Assembly: GCA_016840035.1 (NCBI GenBank)
Contig: JAEOTC010000044.1
Span: 1-24,713, forward strand
Direction of reading: 5' to 3'
DNA from: Candidatus Hodarchaeota archaeon
Lineage (GTDB): Archaea > Asgardarchaeota > Heimdallarchaeia > Hodarchaeales > Hodarchaeaceae
Length of the DNA stretch: 24,713 nt
Made by a program: the position numbers and the translations under genes
The notes under the pieces: model-generated
The model's input: the letters and a program-made list of their open reading frames with translations, nothing else
The model's database searches: none
What the model was told of the DNA's origin: nothing
Shown here: in pieces, positions 9,155 through 17,715 of the stretch
Layout of the letters: the number at the start of each line of letters is the position of its first letter
Position numbering within the stretch: the stretch's first letter is position 1

Positions 9155-9916
9155 TTAATCGTTCCAAATGTTGTCTTCTAATGTTTTAATTACATTATTG
9201 GTGTGTTTTGGAAAATATCCAGTTTTTTTCCTGTTATGATTTAAGGATAGAAGGTGTATAATGGATCGAATGGTCTTTAAATCTTCAAAAAGGTCAACAT
9301 CTGTGACCTCGGGTAGGAGATGAACATTCGAAAACTTAAGGAGGAAGTCCATTGCAGCCCCTAATTCTCGGTATGGGGAGTCTTGAGCAAAAATATTCCC
9401 TATCGTGTCATGAAATGGTTTATTATGACCTAAAAGATAAAACCCTCCTCTTTGTGAGGGACCAAGAACTGAATTAGCTTGATCAGTCTTTAATAATTGA
9501 ATACTTGTTTGTATTATTGATGGTTGAATGTGAGGTGTATCTGATCCTAGAATGAGTGCAGAATTCAGATCCAAATCATGAAAGACGAATTTGAAGGCGT
9601 TTTGGAAACGATCATTAAACGAATCCCCCGTTTGTGGGACAAACTGAATTGAAGAAAGGAGTTTTGAGTTTTCTTGTTCTAAAGGTTCAATAATTAATGG
9701 TTTCAAGTCATTAAATCTGTGTTTTGGATAATAAGTAATTATAGGCACAAATTTTCCAGATATGAATTCTAATGTACTTATTGTATCGAGTAGCATTGCT
9801 GTTTGTAAGCGAGAAGTGAAATCTGGAGGTAAATTAGGCTTTTGGAGACGAGTCTTAACGAACCCAGGTGATGGAATTTTTGTAAAAATTATAACTCCTA
9901 TTGAGTACTTAATCAG
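9155..9916 (-). CDS. DUF2064/TIGR04282-family GT-A/CofC-like transferase
   Basis: 'QTGDSFNDR', 'GSDTP', 'VLGPSQRGGFYLLG', 'DVDLFEDL'. The frame stays open upstream of the track's ATG (9796) and encodes the family N-terminal motif 'GVIIFTKIPSPGFVKTRL'. Proposed CTG start at 9916. Confidence 0.85.
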   Translation of the reverse strand: MIKYSIGVIIFTKIPSPGFVKTRLQKPNLPPDFTSRLQTAMLLDTISTLEFISGKFVPIITYYPKHRFNDLKPLIIEPLEQENSKLLSSIQFVPQTGDSFNDRFQNAFKFVFHDLDLNSALILGSDTPHIQPSIIQTSIQLLKTDQANSVLGPSQRGGFYLLGHNKPFHDTIGNIFAQDSPYRELGAAMDFLLKFSNVHLLPEVTDVDLFEDLKTIRSIIHLLSLNHNRKKTGYFPKHTNNVIKTLEDNIWND

Positions 9917-10664
9917 ATGAAGGCCTCCAAAACAAAAGAACCTGACAATAAGTAATCATCATAATCCAGGCAGCTTTAAACGCATTCCAAAAATTACCCG
10001 AAATTTTACTTTTTCCTTTCATTCGTTTCTCATAGTGGACTGGAATCTCTGCATGAACTGTCCCAGTTTTCAGAATTTTTGCAGACATTTCTATGGTCCA
10101 ACCGAAAGTAGACGAATTCATTCCCAGAGTTTTTAGAGCATCCCACGTGATTATCCTTAGCGGCCCTATATCAGTTATATTCTGCCGAAAAGTTATTGAT
10201 AGGATATATGAGAAAAACCGATTCGCTATACGGGCTAAAACATCTAGGGAACCTTTTGATGAAGAGTAAATCATACGTGATCCTTGACAATATTCTACCT
10301 TACCTTGAAGTACTGGATTAGCAACCCTTAAAATGTCAGTAACTTTACTCTGACCATCTCCATCAAAAAAACAAATTACTTTAGGTTTTTCCTTGAGGGT
10401 ACTTAAATATTTAATTCCTTTAAGGCACGCATTGCCATACCCTAACCTCTCTTCATATATGACTTGAGCTCCCACACTTTTTGCGATGTTACTTGTCTGA
10501 TCAATCGAAGCATTGTCTACTACAATGATTTTATCTGATATTGATGATTTTATATATGTTATAATTGCTGGAAGAGACGCTTCCTCGTTATTAGCAGGGA
10601 CAATAATTGCCATCTCTTCTTTTGTATATTTTGGAACCATTTTAATCATTGAATATATTGTCAA
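9909..10664 (-). CDS. GT2 polyprenol-phosphate glycosyltransferase (DPM1/ArnC-like)
   Basis: 'IIVPANNEE', 'VVDNASIDQT', 'GYGNAC', DxD 'FDGDG', 'GSR', 'TDIGPLRII', 'FGWTIEM', 'R..GKSKISG'. Confidence 0.9.
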   Translation of the reverse strand: MTIYSMIKMVPKYTKEEMAIIVPANNEEASLPAIITYIKSSISDKIIVVDNASIDQTSNIAKSVGAQVIYEERLGYGNACLKGIKYLSTLKEKPKVICFFDGDGQSKVTDILRVANPVLQGKVEYCQGSRMIYSSSKGSLDVLARIANRFFSYILSITFRQNITDIGPLRIITWDALKTLGMNSSTFGWTIEMSAKILKTGTVHAEIPVHYEKRMKGKSKISGNFWNAFKAAWIMMITYCQVLLFWRPSSD

Positions 10665-10891
10665 TCAATCTGAATGGGAGTAGAAGAGGAACCAGGTAAG
10701 ATTTCAATTATTTGATAACCAAGTAGTTCTACGAGTATAGTTATTATAAGATTTGAAGATAACCCTGAATTTCTGATGACAAGGAGATTCCGGAATGCTG
10801 TAATCGCACAGATTCTTCCTCTTTGTAGAACTATTCCTGTGCTTAAGCCTATTAACAGTGCTAAGATTATATCAAGGAGTTGAAGTGCCAT
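10661..10891 (-). pseudogene. N-terminal fragment of a YeeE/YedE (thiosulfate/selenium transporter)-family protein
   Basis: 'LIGLSTGIVLQRGRICAITAFRN' matches the YeeE TM1 G-x-V-L-Q-R-G-R-x-C motif. Only 76 aa, and I found no continuation in the window. Confidence 0.6.
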
Positions 10892-10939
10892 CTGTTCAAT
10901 ACTTCCAAGGCTTAAATTGGATGAAAGGGATTAAGTCAT

Positions 10940-12310
10940 TCATTTCTGTTTAGCTAATAAATTATAATCTTCAAAAACCACAATATGTGATTGTGGAGTA
11001 CGTTTAATGAACTCAGCAACGAATTTTCTTATGCTATCTTGTGGAGAAGAACTTAGCGGTAGTAGATTTACCCTGAATACATCCTTCATTAGGTTAGCAT
11101 CAAGAAATGTAGAATACAAATATAAATTACCTTGAGTATGTTCTAAAATTCGAAAAAGATCCACTGCATTCTGTATTCCGATTTCGAAAGTTGTGGGGGA
11201 GCACTTGTTTTTGATGACACTCTGCATTGCTTCTTTATAAGGTTTATCTTGAACCTCACGCATTGTTTCTAGATATTCCTTTGGACCAATACCTTCTGAG
11301 CAACCTGCAAGTAGAAGAATGGACCCCCCTTCTTTTACAGCATGACTGGCGGCGTTCAGACCTTTTCCAGCTTGATAATAATTCACTGACGGCTTCCCAA
11401 TGATGACAAGGTCTCCAAGGTGTTTTAGTGGCACATCACGGATTTTCGAGAGAGAGATCAAGGCTTGTTCATGGATTGTTAGAGGATCTCCAGCAACTAT
11501 ATCTACAAATTTACCCTTATCAAGGATTGCATCAATTACAAAGATTTGTTTAGAATGGGTTTTTTGAAGGATCGAGACAATTTCACGAATATCTTGAATT
11601 GATACATTACCCGTGATATTTCCCATTCTACATTTATCTTTAAATCCACTTTCCAGATCAAAGATTCTTGAATGATTCACTCGGACTGTTCTTCGACCAC
11701 TCACTCCAGGTAAGATTAATTTCACAGAACCCGCTACACCAGCGAAGTAATGGTATTCCGAATCTGATAAGGGAATGATAAGATCACTGTTGAAAACTCG
11801 TTTATCGAGGAGTATTGGTGTTTGAGTAGATGATACACCCAAATCAATGTGATCTTTTTCTGAATCACAATCATGAAGCCAGATTCTGTCCTCCCATTCT
11901 ACATATAAATCCCCCAGAATTTGTGTTTGTATCTGGGATTTAGTAGGAGGTTTGTGTGTACCAGTTGCAATCATTATTTTAATATTTGACTTTGAAACAC
12001 CTAAATCAATGAGTTGTTTTTCAACTAATGGCAGAAGAATTCTTGTGTGAATATTTGGACGAGTATTATCATCTATAAGGATCGAAATTCTGTTCCCTTT
12101 GTATTTCGTATCAATTATTTCTTTCAACTTTAATGAATTCAACGGATTTTCTAAAGCCTTAATCAGTTTCTCCTGAATTTCCTCCTCAGTTAAATAAACC
12201 GTTTTCGGAACTTGAAGATAATCACACTTTAATTCCTTTGGTACAAACTTCTCCAATTTCACATTCTCATAGTAAACAGGAGTAAAATGGAATTCTTTTG
12301 TTTCTTTCAT
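10940..12310 (-). CDS. larA: LarA-family nickel-pincer-dependent 2-hydroxyacid racemase/epimerase
   Basis: 'DDNTRP', 'ATGTH', 'HYFAGVAGSVKLILPG' (cofactor-tethering Lys), 'NHS', 'NYYQAGKG', 'CSEGIG'. Actual substrate not determinable. Confidence 0.85.
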   Translation of the reverse strand: MKETKEFHFTPVYYENVKLEKFVPKELKCDYLQVPKTVYLTEEEIQEKLIKALENPLNSLKLKEIIDTKYKGNRISILIDDNTRPNIHTRILLPLVEKQLIDLGVSKSNIKIMIATGTHKPPTKSQIQTQILGDLYVEWEDRIWLHDCDSEKDHIDLGVSSTQTPILLDKRVFNSDLIIPLSDSEYHYFAGVAGSVKLILPGVSGRRTVRVNHSRIFDLESGFKDKCRMGNITGNVSIQDIREIVSILQKTHSKQIFVIDAILDKGKFVDIVAGDPLTIHEQALISLSKIRDVPLKHLGDLVIIGKPSVNYYQAGKGLNAASHAVKEGGSILLLAGCSEGIGPKEYLETMREVQDKPYKEAMQSVIKNKCSPTTFEIGIQNAVDLFRILEHTQGNLYLYSTFLDANLMKDVFRVNLLPLSSSPQDSIRKFVAEFIKRTPQSHIVVFEDYNLLAKQK

Positions 12311-12978
12311 TTAACCAAATTCCTAAGGATTTTTGCCTGAAAAGAATTCGTTATTCCAATTCTATTGAGATATTGACCTATTCCCCCATAGTTATCAACG
12401 GATCGGAGAATTAGGTCAATTAATTCCTGCTTCATGTTAGGTCCAGAAGCAAGATAATCTTCAATTATTTTTTCACGAGATGAGTTTAGAAGGAGATGAA
12501 TTAAAGCAAGTACTATACCAGTTCTATCCATCCCTATATGACAATGTATAACCAAAGGAAAGCTATTCTTGATTGAAAGTAGTAAAAATATTGCTTTAAG
12601 CTTATCTCCCTCAGATTCCAATACCCAGGAGTAATATTCAGCATTATCTCTCCCAATAAATTGTGTTTCAGTTTCCTTTGAAACCAGTTTGATGTTGTAA
12701 TAATTGATGTTTCGTAATATTCGCTGGGAATAAGTCCTTCTCATGATATCTCCATTATTTCGAAGATCAATGATTGTCTTAATTCCTTGTTCTCTAAGCC
12801 AGGAACTTAACATCGGATCGTTCTCATACGCAGATAAATCTGAAGAACGAAAAAGAAGAGAAGATCTAACATTTGGATTCGAATATTGAACTATATCTCT
12901 TAAATTTCGGAATTTTTGTTCAGGGCTCTTTAACAGGCCTTTTTTCATACGAAAATGAATTTTTCTCTTTCTTCTCAA
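12307..12978 (-). CDS. Cys-based tyrosine/dual-specificity phosphatase (Y_phosphatase3/PtpB-like)
   Basis: 'NLRDI', 'LFRSS', 'IIDLR', P-loop C-x5-R 'HCHIGMDRTG', 'EDYLAS'. ATGA overlap with larA. Start could be ATG 12948. Confidence 0.88.
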   Translation of the reverse strand: MRRKRKIHFRMKKGLLKSPEQKFRNLRDIVQYSNPNVRSSLLFRSSDLSAYENDPMLSSWLREQGIKTIIDLRNNGDIMRRTYSQRILRNINYYNIKLVSKETETQFIGRDNAEYYSWVLESEGDKLKAIFLLLSIKNSFPLVIHCHIGMDRTGIVLALIHLLLNSSREKIIEDYLASGPNMKQELIDLILRSVDNYGGIGQYLNRIGITNSFQAKILRNLVK

Positions 12979-13181
12979 AAAGGTTATTAACTATCCTTGT
13001 AAATAATCGCCAACTACCCTAATGGAGAGCTAAAATTTATTATCATTGTACCTTATCCATGTGGAACAATCTTTTCTATCCTTATAGTTATCATGGGAAT
13101 TTTTACACTCCCGCTGATCCTGGAGCAGGAATTGGGATGATTTTCCCCGGAATCTTTTTTTGGTTATTAATCAAGCTATAA

Positions 13182-13424
13182 TTGGCTCTAAATTATAACA
13201 ATGAGAAAAAACTCATCACAAAAATAATTGATATTGAAAAGAGAAATGTCAAGGTAGTAAACAAGAATAAAAATTCCCCAGAAGCTGAATTTTTAATCAG
13301 GAAGGTTAGACCTTTAAAGAAGTATAATACCTACTCAGTTAGATCATTAGGAGATCATGCATTAATAGGAATACTGCTTGTTGCTTTCTCGATTTTTCTG
13401 ATACTTCTTGATCTATTTCGATGA
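13182..13424 (+). CDS. Small hypothetical protein with C-terminal TM helix
   Basis: 80-aa ORF with a basic N-terminus and hydrophobic tail 'ALIGILLVAFSIFLILL'. TTG start, no recognisable motif. Confidence 0.4.
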   Translation: MALNYNNEKKLITKIIDIEKRNVKVVNKNKNSPEAEFLIRKVRPLKKYNTYSVRSLGDHALIGILLVAFSIFLILLDLFR

Positions 13425-13498
13425 GCTTCAGCAAAGAATATTTATTTTTATTCTTATTTGTTGCCCAAAGATTGAAGATATGAAATAATGGGAGCATA

Positions 13499-14857
13499 AT
13501 GACTTCAAATTATATTAGAGGTAGAGAACTCATTATTCAAACCTATCATCATAAAAATATCAATGTACCATGGGTTCCGTTTGCAGGGATTCATGCAGGA
13601 CGTTTAAAGGGATATTCTGCAACTGAAATGCTGGTAAATAAAACCAAACTTCTTGAATGTCTGCTAGAAGTGAAGAAAACTTATTATCCCGATGGTATGC
13701 CAGTTATTTTTGATCTTCAAGTCGAAGCAGAGATTTTAGGTTGCACTCTTCGTTGGTCAGATAAAGCTCCTCCGATGGTTATTGATCATCCTTGTTCTGA
13801 TGAAATGATAATTCCCGAAAAAATTCCCGAACAACATGAGGGTAGACTTCCAATTATTCTTGACGTAATGAAGTCATTAAAAGAAGAAATAGGGACTCAA
13901 GTAGCACTCTTTGGACTAATATGTGGCCCTCTTACTTTAGCCTCACATTTAAGAGGGACTAATTTTTATATAGATCTAATTTCTAACCCCCAATATGCTG
14001 TTGAGTTGCTGACGTACACTTCTAGAGTCACAAAATCTATGACTGAGTATTATACTGAAGCAGGTATGGATATCATTGCCGTGGTTGATCCAGTCGTATC
14101 TCAAATTTCTCCCACCATGTTTAAGGAGTTCTTAGTGAAGGAATTCTCCAGTATATTCTCCCACATCAAAACTTTGGATGCTTTTTCGAGTTTCTTTGTT
14201 TGTGGAGATGCAACAAAAAATCTTGAACCTATGTGTCAAACTCATCCTGATTCTATCTTTGTTGATGAAAATATTGATATGGTTCAAGCTTACAAAATAC
14301 TCTCCAATCATAATGTCATTCTTGGGGGAAATATTCCTTTAGCAACAACCATGTTATTTGGGACACAACAGGATAATATGAAGTATGTTGTGGATCTTTT
14401 AGAAAAGATTGGAACAGAAAATTTGATAATTGCCCCAGGATGCGACATGCCATACGACACACCATTTGAAAATGTAGTTGGAGCAATTGAGGCGGTTCAA
14501 AAACCTGATTTGATTAGGAAATCCTTGGAAAATTATCATAAGGTGGAATCTGATATTTTAGTTGAACTCCCGAATTATCATACTCTCCATAAACCATTAG
14601 TGGAAGTATTTACAATTGACTCCGAAGTTTGTGCTGCCTGTGGTTATATGCTAGCAACAGCTGTTGATGTAAAGGACATGTTTGGAGATAAAATCGACCT
14701 TATTGAGTATAAATGGATTAAACAGGAAAATATTGAACGAGCCAAGAAATTAAATATCCAACATCTTCCATGTATCTTGATTAACGGTGAAGTTAAGTAT
14801 TCATCAATTATTCCTACAAAGGATAAATTATTTAGTGAAATTGAGAAGTATCTTTGA
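13499..14857 (+). CDS. UroD/MtaA-CmuA-family (methylcobalamin methyltransferase-like) protein with C-terminal thioredoxin-like domain
   Basis: 'DLQVEAEILGC', 'GPLTLASHLRG', 'FFVCGD', 'GGNIP', 'APGCDMPYDTP.EN'; C-terminal 'VEVFT..SEVCAACGYM...LPCILING'. Confidence 0.85.
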   Translation: MTSNYIRGRELIIQTYHHKNINVPWVPFAGIHAGRLKGYSATEMLVNKTKLLECLLEVKKTYYPDGMPVIFDLQVEAEILGCTLRWSDKAPPMVIDHPCSDEMIIPEKIPEQHEGRLPIILDVMKSLKEEIGTQVALFGLICGPLTLASHLRGTNFYIDLISNPQYAVELLTYTSRVTKSMTEYYTEAGMDIIAVVDPVVSQISPTMFKEFLVKEFSSIFSHIKTLDAFSSFFVCGDATKNLEPMCQTHPDSIFVDENIDMVQAYKILSNHNVILGGNIPLATTMLFGTQQDNMKYVVDLLEKIGTENLIIAPGCDMPYDTPFENVVGAIEAVQKPDLIRKSLENYHKVESDILVELPNYHTLHKPLVEVFTIDSEVCAACGYMLATAVDVKDMFGDKIDLIEYKWIKQENIERAKKLNIQHLPCILINGEVKYSSIIPTKDKLFSEIEKYL

Positions 14858-15789
14858 TGTCAACACGAACCATAGACATTTTTCTAATTACCGGTTTTCT
14901 AGGATCTGGAAAAACGACATTTCTCCGCTATCTCCTTGATCAACTAATTTTTTTTCCTGAGGTTAAAATAGGAGTTTTAATGAATGAATTTGGATCGATA
15001 AATGTTGATAAAGAGTTAATACCACAAGATAGAATCGTCTTTACTGAGATAAATGGAGGATCAATTTTCTGTAATTGTTTGCATTCAGAATTCATTGAGG
15101 CATTAAAACTATTTTATGAGTCTAGTGGGGTCAACACTTTATTTCTTGAAACTTCTGGGTTATCGAATCCATCAGTAATCTTGCAAGATTTAAACATTGT
15201 AAACAATCAAATAGGAAATGTTTACAAAGTTAGAGAAAGCATATGTCTTGTAGATGCATCTCTCGTAATGAAGCTTCTTCATGCTTTTCCAAATATAACG
15301 ACTCAACTTGAAGTTTCATCTCAAATAATAATTAATAAGATTGATCTTATTAATTTAGATGATCTAGACTACATTAAACAATCTTTGTGCAAGATTAATC
15401 CTAATGCCAAGATTTCGACGACAGAATATGGACAATTTAAACTGCAAAATCTCGTCTTACAAGATGAAATTCAACGATCAAAGATATCTTCTGGAAAACG
15501 GGATGTTAAGGGCAAAATATCAAGCGTGACAATAACCCAATCTAAACTTATATCAAAAAAAGAATTTTCCATTCGTATGAGAGAGATTAGAGATTATCCC
15601 ATTCGGGTGAAGGGGTATATCCAGCTGGAGGATCGAGGCTGGCATCGTGTTGATCAAGTAGATAATAGATATTTGTTAACACGTGTTTCTTCCCATCCAG
15701 ATCAGGGATCTCTTGTTTTCATACTAAGAGATAAGGATGACATCAAAATAATCCGATCGCAATTTAGTTCGCTTATATCCTGTGATTAA
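14854..15789 (+). CDS. CobW/COG0523 G3E-family P-loop GTPase metallochaperone
   Basis: Walker A 'GFLGSGKTT', 'NEFG', 'GGSIFCNC', 'ETSGLSNP', 'INKID', C-terminal 'RVKG'. 4-nt overlap with the upstream gene. Confidence 0.9.
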   Translation: MMSTRTIDIFLITGFLGSGKTTFLRYLLDQLIFFPEVKIGVLMNEFGSINVDKELIPQDRIVFTEINGGSIFCNCLHSEFIEALKLFYESSGVNTLFLETSGLSNPSVILQDLNIVNNQIGNVYKVRESICLVDASLVMKLLHAFPNITTQLEVSSQIIINKIDLINLDDLDYIKQSLCKINPNAKISTTEYGQFKLQNLVLQDEIQRSKISSGKRDVKGKISSVTITQSKLISKKEFSIRMREIRDYPIRVKGYIQLEDRGWHRVDQVDNRYLLTRVSSHPDQGSLVFILRDKDDIKIIRSQFSSLISCD

Positions 15790-15805
15790 TTCTACTCTAG
15801 GATTA

Positions 15806-16501
15806 CTATTCAACTTGGTATCCAGATTCTAACCATGCTTTCTTCATTACTGGATTTTTGTTTAAATATGCGTCAACAATTTTCTTTGGGACTCTATTGA
15901 GGGGACAGGAGAAATTAACGCATTTTGGACAGATGTTCCTTTGCAAGATATAGAAAAAGAATATTCCTCCGATTAGTCCTAAAATGATAAGTCCAAGCAG
16001 AGAATAAATAAGTAGATCTGAGCCAATAGACAAACGATATATTTCCATTAACCCGTATATCTCTACTAATACAGGAAAAAATACGAAGAATAATGCCCCA
16101 GCGAAAAACCCAAACTTTTCGAAAGAATTCATCGGATTGGGATTATAAGCCCAGACTTTAATCGTTCCATGATTAGCTAAGCAATGGAGGACTCTTCCTT
16201 CTTCTGCATAATAGGGACAATGACTACAAAGCACTTTTATTTCAAAGAAGCCAAAGAAAAACACCCAAAACCCAATGTAGATGAGAGTTGGAATCCAAGA
16301 AACATTTAACCCGATAATGATGAATCCTATGATTGCAAAAACCATTAATGGACCAGCCCCCTTGTAGAATCGTAATAATAAATGGTTCTGCCATTTACAA
16401 TCTAATTTTCCCTTAATGTTACAATTAGCACAATCAGAGTTTTCATTCCACGTACAAGTAATGTTGAGATTTTGGGATTTGGATTTCTCATGTTCTAGCA
16501 A
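15806..16501 (-). CDS. Cys/His-rich 4TM membrane protein of unknown function
   Basis: 'CTW....CANC......C', 'CSHCPYY.....LHCLANHG', 'CPKCVNFSCPLN', four TM segments. GGAGAG 7 nt upstream favours TTG 16501 over the track's 16573. Confidence 0.7.
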   Translation of the reverse strand: MLEHEKSKSQNLNITCTWNENSDCANCNIKGKLDCKWQNHLLLRFYKGAGPLMVFAIIGFIIIGLNVSWIPTLIYIGFWVFFFGFFEIKVLCSHCPYYAEEGRVLHCLANHGTIKVWAYNPNPMNSFEKFGFFAGALFFVFFPVLVEIYGLMEIYRLSIGSDLLIYSLLGLIILGLIGGIFFFYILQRNICPKCVNFSCPLNRVPKKIVDAYLNKNPVMKKAWLESGYQVE

Positions 16502-16652
16502 TAGTATTCTCTCCAATCGGACTTCTGACTTAGTGATTATAAATTTCTGTGCACACTGTGTTTTTTGTACCAATCATTCTCGAGATAAATATTTAACTCA
16601 TAAGACTCATTTAATGTCGTTCATAAGGATCTAATAAGATTGATGAGGAATT

Positions 16653-17495
16653 ATGAGTATTGAGTTACCAGAGGCATTAATACTTGCAAAACAAATGTAC
16701 AAGGTACTTATAGGAAAAAAAATTGCATCCTATCACTTACAAAATTATGAACGAATGCAAAAAGTAGGTTTTCTAAACAAAAATATTATCGATTTTGATC
16801 GATTGTTGAATGGGAGTATTACGGACGTGATAGCAAGAGGAAATACCATACGTATAGAATTAGATAATGGTATGAATCTCTTAGTAGCCCCAGAATACGG
16901 GGGTGAAATATTTTATCATAAAGATGAGAGAAAAGGTTCCTCCAAGTATCATCTGAAAATTTCATTTATGGATGGGGGTTCATTAACTATCAGAATCAAA
17001 AGCATGGGATGTATTCTAGTTCATACTAAGGATGAATTAGCTGATTCATACATGTACAAAAGGGATTTTCTAAGCGGAATTTCTCCAGTTGAGGATGAAT
17101 TTACATTAGAACGATTTTCTCAAGAACTCAGTACTATTAATCGAAATCTTAAAGGAATTCTAGTTGGAAAGGATGCTATACTAGTTGGTATCTCGAATAG
17201 TGCATTTCAGGACATCATATATCGCGCTAAGTTATTTCCGAAGAGAAAAGGATCAAGTTTAAACGTGAATGAAAGAAAAGCGTTGTTTGAAGCAATTAGT
17301 GCATTAATTCAAGAAAGACTTCAGCTCAACGGAAAGTCAAATTTCATTGACATTTATGGTGAAGAAGGGAAGTATCCTCCAAGAATGGGCCCAAATAGAA
17401 AAGGATCTAGCTGCTCTGAATGTGGAACAGGTATAGAGAAGATGAGTTTTGGAGGAGGGCAGATCTATTTTTGTCCTACTTGTCAGGAACTCTAG
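16653..17495 (+). CDS. Fpg/Nei (MutM)-family DNA glycosylase homolog with divergent active site
   Basis: 'ELPE' N-terminus, H2TH 'LVGISN...DIIYRAKLFP', C-terminal zinc finger 'CSEC...FCPTCQ'. Confidence 0.85.
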   Translation: MSIELPEALILAKQMYKVLIGKKIASYHLQNYERMQKVGFLNKNIIDFDRLLNGSITDVIARGNTIRIELDNGMNLLVAPEYGGEIFYHKDERKGSSKYHLKISFMDGGSLTIRIKSMGCILVHTKDELADSYMYKRDFLSGISPVEDEFTLERFSQELSTINRNLKGILVGKDAILVGISNSAFQDIIYRAKLFPKRKGSSLNVNERKALFEAISALIQERLQLNGKSNFIDIYGEEGKYPPRMGPNRKGSSCSECGTGIEKMSFGGGQIYFCPTCQEL

Positions 17496-17715
17496 AATTG
17501 AATTCTCACCAAGATAAGGTCAAACAAATATTATTTCCTTCTTCCCCCACAACCTCGCAAGGTGTATGTATATATTACTGAAATAGAATCAATATGGGGA
17601 GAAATTCTTACAGGAACTAGTGAGGTAGAGAAATAAACCTAGTATTAAAGTCATATTAAACCGAATTTAAAAGCGAAATCCTAAATTACAGGTGTCTTCA
17701 ATCTGCGTTGAATTT

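Noticed and set aside
10646-10663. Selenocysteine read-through of the TGA ending the YeeE fragment
   Set aside because: Another in-frame TGA follows four codons later and no YeeE-like continuation appears. I recognised no SECIS-like element in the window.
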